This document shows positions 18,843-27,573 of a stretch of 64,000 nucleotides of DNA, piece by piece. The notes below the pieces were generated by a model. It was given only the letters and a program-made list of their open reading frames with translations. It did no database searches and was not told where the DNA came from. Source of the DNA: an uncultured Candidatus Saccharibacteria bacterium (GTDB taxonomy: Bacteria; Patescibacteriota; Minisyncoccia; Phycocordibacterales; CSBR16-119); contig CAZPVH010000002.1 in NCBI GenBank assembly GCA_964589975.1, positions 68,217 through 132,216 of the forward strand, read 5' to 3'. A program made the position numbers and the translations under genes. Position 1 is the stretch's first letter; each line of letters opens with the position of its first letter.

Positions 18843-19580
18843 TTAGACCTCGACGAGCTTGCCGGACTTAAGAAGGATCGGCACTGTCTGAATGAATTCG
18901 CTCAACCTGGCAGCACATGTTCCATAGTCAGCGATCGCCGAAGCAGGCTTGCCGTCTTCGAAGAGCCGATAGTACATGCGACCAACATAGAGCAATTTGG
19001 CCCCCTCCTCGTCGACCGTCTCATCAATCGACAAGGTGAGTGTCTCAAGAGGCTTGTCAACTTCAAAGACCTGCACGATGAAAGTGGATACTTTACAGTT
19101 CCGCTCATGCGAGTACCTGGAAGGTTGAACTACGATCGAGTAATCGAGTCCGTGCCAACTGATCCTACGGGTACCGTCTAGAACCGCTTTTCCACGCACA
19201 GTGTCAGCGCTGAGTTCGCTTTCAACCCTAGCCACTTCCTGCCAATAGAATCGAGAGTTCTCGGGACTGATATCGACATGCTGCACGACATCGTTCGAAT
19301 CAAAAGTGGTTGTTACCATCGGAAGTCCGAGGGAGGCCATTTCGAGCCTCATTGAACCGATGGCCTTTGCCACTTCGTCATGAACGATCGAGCGCACCTG
19401 ATCTGCAGTGAGGAGAACAACGGGTTCGGGCGCGGTGGGCTCAGGCTTTTCCTGAACCTCAGGAACTTCCATACCCTGCTCTGGAGCTTCGGGAGTTGGT
19501 TCGGCTGTCTTCGTTTCTTCGCAAGAAGCGAAGATGAAGGAGGCAACCGGCAAAGCGAGGGTCAGCAAATGTTTTTTCAT
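18843..19580 (-). CDS. Putative lipoprotein, monocistronic unit
   Basis: Likely start MKKHLLTLALPVASFIFASC (lipobox FASC) at 19580, Pro/Glu linker; TTGACA(19625)-17-TAAGGT promoter. Confidence 0.8.
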   Translation of the reverse strand: MKKHLLTLALPVASFIFASCEETKTAEPTPEAPEQGMEVPEVQEKPEPTAPEPVVLLTADQVRSIVHDEVAKAIGSMRLEMASLGLPMVTTTFDSNDVVQHVDISPENSRFYWQEVARVESELSADTVRGKAVLDGTRRISWHGLDYSIVVQPSRYSHERNCKVSTFIVQVFEVDKPLETLTLSIDETVDEEGAKLLYVGRMYYRLFEDGKPASAIADYGTCAARLSEFIQTVPILLKSGKLVEV

Positions 19581-19627
19581 GTTCTTTTTTTGCAAGACCT
19601 TACCATGCTTAGCCACAGTTGTCAAAT

Positions 19628-19655
19628 AAAAGCCCCGGACGCGTGTCCGGGGCTT
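19628..19655 (-). terminator. GCCCCG-type hairpin terminator abutting the next -35 box
   Basis: AAGCCCCGGAC-GCGT-GTCCGGGGCTT. Confidence 0.8.
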
Positions 19656-19669
19656 CATTCTCTTACGTT

Positions 19670-20374
19670 TCAGGAATCCACCTTCTTCCCAACCAGCTTT
19701 TGTTGCTCGAGCAGATCAATGACCTCGGTCAACGTGGTGAGTGCATTATCCTCAACGAAGTTATTGCCACTCGAGTCCCAGTCGGTGCGTTTGTTCGAAC
19801 ATCGGTCGTACCAGTTGCCCATGACCCGGCCGTCGACAGCCCTCCCGTCAACATCAAAATCCATGTTGTAGAAGAACTCCCACACGAGGCAGCTATCAAT
19901 GCCTGGGGACACCTGGTTGAGCATCATAAGCAACCGCCCATTGTCTTCATTAAAGTTAAGATGTACTTGATACCCGGCTCGTTCACGGCCAACCTCATCG
20001 TTATAGACGAAAGCATCTCGCCAACCGTCTGATGACATTGCCGCGAATTCAAAGGGCATGCCCATCGAACCCGTGAAATCATTTTCACCTACCATACCAG
20101 TAGATGATGACATGAGATCCCGCAAACGATTAATCTGTTTGCCGACGCGGGAAACCTGCGCGACATTCAGCCGCCATTCACCATCTTCGGGCGACCAGAA
20201 GCCCCCGCTGATAATACCCCAGCGCACTTCTTCCATCTTCGCATTCAGGATCGTGTCGAGCATGACCGCCTGTTGCGCGAGCAACGCTTCATCATGCTTT
20301 CTGATACCCAATTTGCCCAAAAAGCAGACGATGACGATTGCCGTAATGCCGAAAATCCGTTTGATCGCTTTCAT
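19670..20374 (-). CDS. Membrane-anchored or exported hypothetical protein, monocistronic unit
   Basis: N-terminal hydrophobic segment; TTGACA(20424)-17-TAATGT promoter; AAAAAACAAACACGCACA leader. Confidence 0.8.
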   Translation of the reverse strand: MKAIKRIFGITAIVIVCFLGKLGIRKHDEALLAQQAVMLDTILNAKMEEVRWGIISGGFWSPEDGEWRLNVAQVSRVGKQINRLRDLMSSSTGMVGENDFTGSMGMPFEFAAMSSDGWRDAFVYNDEVGRERAGYQVHLNFNEDNGRLLMMLNQVSPGIDSCLVWEFFYNMDFDVDGRAVDGRVMGNWYDRCSNKRTDWDSSGNNFVEDNALTTLTEVIDLLEQQKLVGKKVDS

Positions 20375-20445
20375 TGTGCGTGTTTGTTTTTTGAGACATT
20401 ACGCTAATTACACGAGTTTGTCAAACATACCTTAAGAATCGGGTC

Positions 20446-20510
20446 AAACAAAAACCGCCCTATTCAGGCGGTTTTTGTTTCTAGAAGCTAATCACTAGCC
20501 ACTAATCACT
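20446..20510. repeat. Terminator plus four imperfect 7-mers, copy 1
   Basis: AAACAAAAACCGCC...GGCGGTTTTTGTTT then CTAGAAG-CTAATCA-CTAGCCA-CTAATCA; related copy at 39532-39596. Confidence 0.7.
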
Positions 20511-20512
20511 TA

Positions 20513-20857
20513 TTAAATTCCCTTCAGGTCTTCCATGGTCTGGTCGACATCTGCTGATGCGACTCGAGGTGTTGAGCCTGTTCCTTCAGGCTTTACATAG
20601 CCTTCTGGTTCTTCAATTTTTAGGTTTACGCGAGAGTTATTCTTCATGCCGATAACTCGGAGAAGCGTTCGCATAGCTTTCGCAGTGTTTCCCTGACGAC
20701 CGATAATTTTACCCATGTCTTCTCCGTTAACAGAGAGGGTCAAAAGGACGCCCATTTCGTCGACCTTCCTTTCGAGCTTCACATCTCCCGGATGATCAAC
20801 CAAAGCCTTTACCACGTACTCTAGAAATTCCTGATCTCTTTCCATAAATTCATTCAA
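20513..20857 (-). CDS. khpA: KH-domain RNA-binding protein
   Basis: LEYVVKALVDHP...DMGKIIGRQGNTAKAMR; downstream of rpsP; ATG start probably 20845. Confidence 0.92.
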   Translation of the reverse strand: MNEFMERDQEFLEYVVKALVDHPGDVKLERKVDEMGVLLTLSVNGEDMGKIIGRQGNTAKAMRTLLRVIGMKNNSRVNLKIEEPEGYVKPEGTGSTPRVASADVDQTMEDLKGI

Positions 20858-20960
20858 TGTTTTCTAATCATACAGATTTCGGACTAAGAAATACTGTTTT
20901 AATAATTTTAACCCATCCATTAGTTCCGCGCAATGAAAAACCGCCTCTCGGCGGATTTCA

Positions 20961-21263
20961 TTAAGCTTTAGCTTCTTCTTTCTTTACCTGCTTGGTTCGC
21001 TTTGGCATAACGTTCACTTTCTTCCCTTCTACGATACCTTTGTCGACGAGGAAATTGTGGACCGTTCCGGAAGCCTGGGCGCCTTTGCCGAGCCAATATT
21101 TGACGCGGTCAGCCTTTACTTCAACCTTTCCGGCCTTTGGATCATATGACCCGAGGACCTCGATGAACTTGCCACTTTGCGCAGAGTTGGTGTGCTCGCC
21201 CAAAACAACCCGGAAACTCGGTTCATTCTTGCGACCTGTCCTTTGTAGTCTCATTTTTAACAT
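20961..21263 (-). CDS. rpsP: 30S ribosomal protein S16
   Basis: MLKMRLQRTGRKNEPSFRVV...GKFIEVLGSYDP...WLGKGAQASGTV; ATG at 21263. Confidence 0.97.
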   Translation of the reverse strand: MLKMRLQRTGRKNEPSFRVVLGEHTNSAQSGKFIEVLGSYDPKAGKVEVKADRVKYWLGKGAQASGTVHNFLVDKGIVEGKKVNVMPKRTKQVKKEEAKA

Positions 21264-21354
21264 GGGATGGATATTAGCAGATATATATAAAAGCGTCAAA
21301 CGAGGGCGATAGAGCCCCGACCAAGGTCGGGGCTCCTGTGGGGTTCAACAATGG

Positions 21355-21669
21355 TTACCTGTGTATCGCGGGGCGATACACATGTGGACGACGTGGCTTC
21401 GGTCTCGTGTGGACCTTTTGCTTTCCTCGTTTGCCCTTACTTCTGGCCTGCTTCTCTTTGTACTTCTCTGCGTTACTACGCCTCTTTTGCTTAGCCAAAT
21501 CCCGTCGAGAGAGATTGCTCTCCGTCTCGAGATCTCTGATAGGCGCAGAAACGGGACGCGGTTTTGCCTTCTGCAGAACATTGATCATGTTATCGTACTG
21601 CCTCGGCAGACCACGAATGATCTTATTCAGAAGCTTCTGAGGAACTTTGCCACTTTCACTCATTTTCAT
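21355..21669 (-). CDS. Small very basic hypothetical protein
   Basis: Probable start MKMSESG at 21669; K/R-rich C-terminal half; hairpin GAGCCCCGAC...GTCGGGGCTC at 21312-21335 downstream. Confidence 0.55.
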   Translation of the reverse strand: MKMSESGKVPQKLLNKIIRGLPRQYDNMINVLQKAKPRPVSAPIRDLETESNLSRRDLAKQKRRSNAEKYKEKQARSKGKRGKQKVHTRPKPRRPHVYRPAIHR

Positions 21670-21739
21670 GGTGAGGAAATTTGTCCCTATATTATCACAA
21701 TCATGCTGAAATTTTCGCTCATATGTTAATATCTCTAAT

Positions 21740-23719
21740 ATGCATAAAAAACGAGCCCTCCCCCCGAAAACGCTCTCGGGAATCATCAGAGTCAGCCAGC
21801 GCGGTACTGGCTATTTTCGTCTGCCAAAATTTCCTGAAAATGGAGAAAAAAAACCTGCGAACGATACGGCAGAGATCGCCTTTTCAGACCTTGGAACCGC
21901 GCTCCATGGCGACACAGTAAAGATAGTTATGTCCGGCAAAGGCAAATACGGACCGACGGCAAAGGTCTTAGAAATTCTAAAGCGCTCGAAGCGCGGATTT
22001 GCCGGAGAGCTCATAAAAGAAAAGAGCGAGATGGTTCTGAAACCGAGCGATCCTAGGATGTACACAACCATCTCTATTCCCTCAAAGTTTCAGAATGGCG
22101 CCAAGCTTGGCGACAAGATCTTCGTGCGCATTACGCGTTGGTCAGGCATGGAACACAAACCACTTGGCGAAGTTGTAAAAGTTCTCGGACGCGCTGGCGA
22201 ACACGAAGCCGAAATGCAGGGAATAATCCTTGAGCGCGGATTCGATAGCTCATTCCCGAGAGAAGTGGAAAAAGAGGCGGAGAAGATAAAGCATGAGGGC
22301 ATCAGTCCTGCTGAAATAAATCGCCGCCGGGATATGCGAAAAGTTACGACTTTCACTATCGACCCGGAAGACGCAAAAGATTTTGACGATGCTTTGTCGT
22401 TCCGAAAACTACCGAATGGAAATTTTGAAATCGGCATTCATATTGCTGATGTATCTCATTATGTCCGGCCAAACACGGCGCTCGATCGCGAAGCTCTAGA
22501 GCGCGCAACTTCAGTCTATCTAGTAGACAGGACAATTCCCATGCTTCCGGAGATACTTTCGAACGATTTGTGCAGCTTGAATCCTAACGAAGACAAGCTC
22601 GCAATGAGCGCCATATTTGAGATGGACATGAATGGCGCGGTACACAAAGAGTGGTTCGGAAAAACGATCATAAATTCTGACAAGCGCTTTACGTATGAAA
22701 ACGCGCAAAAAGTTCTGGATGACAAATCTGGAACATTCTACGAAGAGCTCGACACTATGAATCGAATAGCCAAAAAGCTCACGAATGAGCGAATAAAGGA
22801 GGGTGCGATTCTCATGGAAACCGATGAAGTAAAATTCAAACTCGACAAATTCGGCAAACCTATCTCGGTTTATATCAAGCAGCGTGGAGACACAAACAAA
22901 TTGATCGAAGAATTTATGCTCCTTGCCAACAAGCGCGTAGCCAAGTGGGGCGCGCACGACAAAGACAAGAAGGACCGGGTCTTTATTTACCGAATCCACG
23001 ACGAACCGGACAAAGAGAAAATTAAATCGCTCAAAGAATACCTGAAGCTGCTTGGTTTTGAACTCAGGGAAAAGGGCGGTCGCGTCGCGCCGCACGAATT
23101 CAATAAATTATTCAAGGAACTCGAGGGTCGCGAGGAGCGAGACACTATCCAGTCAGTCGTTATTCGTAGTATGCAAAAAGCTATCTACTCGACGAAGAAC
23201 ATTGGCCATTACGGATTGGCGTTTGAGTTTTACACACATTTCACTTCCCCAATCCGCCGCTATCCGGACGTTATCGCCCACAGACTCCTGGAGTCATACA
23301 TCCAAGGAGAGAAGATTTCTAAGGAAAAAATGGCTTACTACCAAGAATTGGCGGAACATTCGTCAACGCGCGAAGTCGAAGCGGCTGACGCCGAGCGCAC
23401 CAGCGTAAAATACAAACAAATAGAATATATGACTGATCGTATCGGCGAGATTATGGACGGCGTGGTTACCAGTATCACTGAATTCGGCATGTATGTCGCT
23501 GAAAAGACGACCAGAGCTGAAGGTTTGGTTAAATCGAGAGACATAGAAGGCGATTATTTCACATATGATGAATCAAAATTCGTGCTTCGAGGTCAAAAAA
23601 CTGGTAGGATGATAAGAATCGGGGACAATTTTAAAATCAAAGTTAAATCTGCCGATGTAGAAAAGCAGCAGATAGACTACATTTTGCTTTCCGATTCATC
23701 TGATGGATCAACAATATAA
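21740..23719 (+). CDS. rnr: Ribonuclease R
   Basis: Cold-shock domains, TIDPEDAKDFDDA, HIADVS, IEEFMLLAN, YTHFTSPIRRYPD, C-terminal S1. Confidence 0.96.
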   Translation: MHKKRALPPKTLSGIIRVSQRGTGYFRLPKFPENGEKKPANDTAEIAFSDLGTALHGDTVKIVMSGKGKYGPTAKVLEILKRSKRGFAGELIKEKSEMVLKPSDPRMYTTISIPSKFQNGAKLGDKIFVRITRWSGMEHKPLGEVVKVLGRAGEHEAEMQGIILERGFDSSFPREVEKEAEKIKHEGISPAEINRRRDMRKVTTFTIDPEDAKDFDDALSFRKLPNGNFEIGIHIADVSHYVRPNTALDREALERATSVYLVDRTIPMLPEILSNDLCSLNPNEDKLAMSAIFEMDMNGAVHKEWFGKTIINSDKRFTYENAQKVLDDKSGTFYEELDTMNRIAKKLTNERIKEGAILMETDEVKFKLDKFGKPISVYIKQRGDTNKLIEEFMLLANKRVAKWGAHDKDKKDRVFIYRIHDEPDKEKIKSLKEYLKLLGFELREKGGRVAPHEFNKLFKELEGREERDTIQSVVIRSMQKAIYSTKNIGHYGLAFEFYTHFTSPIRRYPDVIAHRLLESYIQGEKISKEKMAYYQELAEHSSTREVEAADAERTSVKYKQIEYMTDRIGEIMDGVVTSITEFGMYVAEKTTRAEGLVKSRDIEGDYFTYDESKFVLRGQKTGRMIRIGDNFKIKVKSADVEKQQIDYILLSDSSDGSTI

Positions 23720-26222
23720 GAGGAACTCAATCAAGATAATTATCTGGAGCCTTGTGGCGGTCTCTTTCGGCATTTTTCTTTCTGGACTCATAGTAAATAT
23801 TGTGGACGGAAGTGGTAAGGAGGCAACTGCTGTGGAGACTGAGGAGTCACAATCAGGATTCATCAATAAATTCTTGACTTACGCTGATAAAATCAAAAAT
23901 GTAGCAAGCCATTTTTCAAAATCAGGGACTGAGGCAGTCGGCAGCATCGACTTTGGTGGCCTGTCTCTTCCGCCTCAAGCCACATATCATCTCAAGGACA
24001 AAGATCTTGAACCTAAAGTGAACGCCCTAGCCTATGTGATCGGCGATGCGGACACGGGCGAAATCATATACTCAAAAAATGCTGACGTGGTCTCACCCAT
24101 CGCCTCAGTCACAAAGCTCATGACCGCCCTCGCTTCTCTAGAAGATCTGCCACAAGAAGACATAACCAAGGTTTCAAATAAAGCCATTAATACACTGGGC
24201 CAAAGCGGCGGATTGATGCCAAATGAGAAAGTAAAAGTTTCGGATCTTCTGTATCCACTTCTTTTGGTTTCCTCTAATGATGCCGCTGAGGCTTTGGCTG
24301 AACACGGTGGACGAGAGAGATTCATGAAATTCATGAACGCACGAGCAAAAGAGATAGGCATGGAAAAAACAAATTATGAAGACCCGTCTGGACTTTCGCC
24401 AAACAACTACTCCACAGCGGCCGATCTTTTTAAGATGACAAATTATCTCTTTACCAAACACAAGACGGTTTTCGATATCACCGATCTCTCAAAATATTCT
24501 CTTGGTGGTCGCACCTGGTTCAATGCAAATCATTTCGCGCGCTATGACGACTACTTGGGCGGTAAAACCGGCTACACGGACAGGGCCAAGCGAACCGGCG
24601 TCGCCATCTTCAAAACAAACTTTGAAGGCGCTGGCGAAAAGCATATTGCTATTACGCTCCTGAAGACAGACGACCGCACCCGCGACATAAATGAAATCTT
24701 GAAATTCATCCATCAGAACGTCTACTTTTCTTTTGACAATAATCTATTCGCCAAAGACGCCGAGGTAACGCTCGGGTTCGTTGGCGACATGATGTTTGAC
24801 CGCGGTGTAAAAACTTCCGTCTTCAAAAATTTCGGCGGCGATTTTTCAAAAACCCTAGAAGAAGCCGGGATGCTCGAGAAACCCGACATCATGTTTGGAA
24901 ACCTTGAAGGTCCTGTATCAGACAAAGGAAGAAACGTCGGCAGCAAATATTCTTTCCGTTTTGATCCGGTCATTCCGACAGTTTTGAAAGATGCTGGCTT
25001 CGACATCGTCTCATTCGCCAACAATCATGTCGGGGACTGGTCAGATGAAGCTTTTCTAGACACTCTGGGCCGCCTCGAAGAAGCTAACCTACTCTACACC
25101 GGCGCGGGCGAAACTTACGAAGAAGCGCTGACTCCCGTAGTTATCGAGCGCTCCGGCATGAAAATCGGATTCCTGGGCTCGAGCGATGTCGGTCCTGAAT
25201 GGATGAAGGCGACGCCGGAAAAGCCGGGCATAATCCTCGCCGGCGATCCGAATCTTTTGAAAGAAATCGAGAAAGCCAAGGAAGGCGTGGACTTCCTGGT
25301 TGTCTCCGTCCACTGGGGTGATGAATACAAGCCTCACAACACACGCCAAGAAATGCTGGCGCACAAGATGATCGATGCCGGCGCTGACATCGTTGTTGGA
25401 CACCATCCGCATGTCGCGCAAGATGTCGAAGAATACAAAGGCGGTCTAATTATCTACTCTCTCGGTAACTTCGTCTTTGATCAATACTTCTCTGAAGAAA
25501 CGATGCAAGGAATGTTCGCTGAAGTGACGCTTGGCGAAGACGGGATCGTCGATCACAAAGAAACTATTTTCAAAATAAATCCTGAATACCAGCCAATCCT
25601 TCCATCAAAACAACAAGACGACCGATTCGCCTTTGATCGCGGCACATGCCAAATCGGCAATTCTGACGCCAACCAAATGTTTACGAATGTATCGGCTGAA
25701 ATCAGTGTCGACAACTATATACCCGAAGGATTGGTTGAGATTAAAGACGGCATAAAGACTAAGGAGGGTCGAAATATTTGTCTCACAGAAGAGGCGGCTC
25801 TTGCCTTCAAAGAAATGTCAGATGACGCCGCGGAAGAAGGGCTTGATCTCCGTGTAACATCCGGCTTCCGCGATCGCGGTTTCCAAGAAGCACTTTACAC
25901 AAAGAACCAGGCCGAGCACGGGGATGAAGGAACCGAATCTGTGGCCAAACCTGGACACTCTGAGCACCAGCTTGGAACGACTGTCGACCTCACAACGATT
26001 GAGATCGCTGAGGCATCCGCAAGTCCGGCATTTGAGAAGACTCCTGAATTCGAATGGCTCACTTCTCATGCGCACAAATATGGATTTATTATGAGCTATC
26101 CGCGCGGCGCCGACACTGGTTACATCTACGAACCGTGGCATTGGCGATACCTTGGCGAGGATATGGCTGAGGAAATAAAAGATTCCGGTCAGACAATTCA
26201 GAAATACCTGGAAGATCTCTAA
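23703..26222 (+). CDS. Membrane-anchored fusion of S11 D-Ala-D-Ala carboxypeptidase, CapA/PGA_cap metallophosphoesterase and M15B (VanY/LdcB-like) peptidase
   Basis: SVTK/SSN/KTG; GDMM, NLEG, ANNH, HWG, GHHPH, YSLGNFVF; SGFR, SEHQLGTTVD, YEPWHWRY. Confidence 0.9.
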   Translation: MDQQYKRNSIKIIIWSLVAVSFGIFLSGLIVNIVDGSGKEATAVETEESQSGFINKFLTYADKIKNVASHFSKSGTEAVGSIDFGGLSLPPQATYHLKDKDLEPKVNALAYVIGDADTGEIIYSKNADVVSPIASVTKLMTALASLEDLPQEDITKVSNKAINTLGQSGGLMPNEKVKVSDLLYPLLLVSSNDAAEALAEHGGRERFMKFMNARAKEIGMEKTNYEDPSGLSPNNYSTAADLFKMTNYLFTKHKTVFDITDLSKYSLGGRTWFNANHFARYDDYLGGKTGYTDRAKRTGVAIFKTNFEGAGEKHIAITLLKTDDRTRDINEILKFIHQNVYFSFDNNLFAKDAEVTLGFVGDMMFDRGVKTSVFKNFGGDFSKTLEEAGMLEKPDIMFGNLEGPVSDKGRNVGSKYSFRFDPVIPTVLKDAGFDIVSFANNHVGDWSDEAFLDTLGRLEEANLLYTGAGETYEEALTPVVIERSGMKIGFLGSSDVGPEWMKATPEKPGIILAGDPNLLKEIEKAKEGVDFLVVSVHWGDEYKPHNTRQEMLAHKMIDAGADIVVGHHPHVAQDVEEYKGGLIIYSLGNFVFDQYFSEETMQGMFAEVTLGEDGIVDHKETIFKINPEYQPILPSKQQDDRFAFDRGTCQIGNSDANQMFTNVSAEISVDNYIPEGLVEIKDGIKTKEGRNICLTEEAALAFKEMSDDAAEEGLDLRVTSGFRDRGFQEALYTKNQAEHGDEGTESVAKPGHSEHQLGTTVDLTTIEIAEASASPAFEKTPEFEWLTSHAHKYGFIMSYPRGADTGYIYEPWHWRYLGEDMAEEIKDSGQTIQKYLEDL

Positions 26223-26224
26223 AA

Positions 26225-26253
26225 GAAAAGCCCCGCAATCAGCGGGGCTTTTC
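26225..26253. terminator. Bidirectional GCCCCG-type terminator
   Basis: GAAAAGCCCCGC-AATCA-GCGGGGCTTTTC. Confidence 0.85.
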
Positions 26254-26264
26254 AAAAGGTCCTA

Positions 26265-27533
26265 CTATCTGACGGGCTTCCGGTCGACAGACATAACGAT
26301 CGGTGGCGGCAAAATGAACTTAATCCCCTTCAAGTGCGAAAGTCTCAACTCAACCCTTTTGCCAATACAGTCGCTCTTCTTTACATTGGGAATTTCAATT
26401 GTAAGTGGCAGGCCATCGGTTGAGTAAGTACCGGGATATGTGTCTAACAAGCGACCATTCGAAAGCAAATCAAAATTTGCTACCGCTTGGCGCCCCGGTG
26501 CCATATTCCATGGATACTCCCCATCTTTCGGTGTCATCAGAATCTTTCGCTCATCAGCATGACCCTCACACTGCCAGCGACATTCCATATTCCGAAACCA
26601 CGTCTCTTCAAAGAAAAACGGGTTCTTTATTTCAAGCCCGCCATCATCCAAGCTCTTCAGTCCTGAAGAATTCTCGTTCCTTATAGAGAGTTTCGTCGGA
26701 TTACCCGCAATCGCCTTTTGCACACTTACTCGAACAAGGAGTGTACTCCTTTGGTCCACTTCAACTGTAAATGGACAAATGACGCCGTTAACCGAGATTT
26801 TCGGTTTCACATCTGGAATTTTTACCCCTTTTCGATGCCAGAGCCCAACATCTAGAGAAAATGCGTCAGGGAAACCGATCGCGACAGCGCATACGTACCA
26901 GGCTGAAGTTATCATCTCCTGCTTTTTTCGCTCAATCTCAAAAAGTTCCCTCCGAAGATCCGCCTCCTTTTGAGCTACAGCTTCAAACTCGCCGGCATAG
27001 GCTTTCTCAATTGGTCCTAATTGTTCTCTCGTGAGATCAAGTCTGGCATCTTCGTAAGCATCTGCTGCCGGAGTGCTTGATAGCGCTCCTTTTGGAAATC
27101 GTGCGGCGAACGCATTCAGAACATCTTTTTCACATACGTGGAATTTTTTGAAAATGCCAGATATGTTTGCTCCCCCATGACCATATGTCATGACTGCTAA
27201 CAGATGGATAACCTCCACCACAGGCCAATTTGTAGCAGCTGCGTAGCTAACAGCTTCTGAAAGCAGTTCGGAAGTTTCTGCGGTCTTGGATCGTTCCGTA
27301 ACAGATACAACACGCTCGAATGGCAATGATCGTCTTATGATCGCTGAGAGTTCCGCTTCAACCGCAGCTCGATCTTTAAAAACCAAGTACAGCCAGGGCG
27401 TATCATGTATCTGTAGAATGGACATGAGAATGTGTTCAGGACCAACTTTGAGATTGGAAAATTGTCGAGCAATGAGGATCGCGTTGGCCACAACCACTCG
27501 GGCTTCTTGTGAGAAAGCGATTCGCTTGTTCAT
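26265..27533 (-). CDS. Clp N-terminal (Clp_N) domain protein without AAA+ module, monocistronic unit
   Basis: FSQEARVVVANA..IARQF....VGPEHILMSIL and a second repeat LLSEA..YA.....VVEVIHLLAVM; no Walker motifs; TTGACA(27579)-17-TATTTT promoter. Confidence 0.75.
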   Translation of the reverse strand: MNKRIAFSQEARVVVANAILIARQFSNLKVGPEHILMSILQIHDTPWLYLVFKDRAAVEAELSAIIRRSLPFERVVSVTERSKTAETSELLSEAVSYAAATNWPVVEVIHLLAVMTYGHGGANISGIFKKFHVCEKDVLNAFAARFPKGALSSTPAADAYEDARLDLTREQLGPIEKAYAGEFEAVAQKEADLRRELFEIERKKQEMITSAWYVCAVAIGFPDAFSLDVGLWHRKGVKIPDVKPKISVNGVICPFTVEVDQRSTLLVRVSVQKAIAGNPTKLSIRNENSSGLKSLDDGGLEIKNPFFFEETWFRNMECRWQCEGHADERKILMTPKDGEYPWNMAPGRQAVANFDLLSNGRLLDTYPGTYSTDGLPLTIEIPNVKKSDCIGKRVELRLSHLKGIKFILPPPIVMSVDRKPVR

Positions 27534-27573
27534 GTTTCAAGGTTTTGTTCAAAATACACGTTAGACCATTCCC

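Noticed and set aside
18197-20480. Integron cassette array with attC sites
   Set aside because: The hairpins are short perfect GC stems without RYYYAAC/GTTRRRY boxes or extrahelical bases, each gene has its own promoter, and no IntI is seen.
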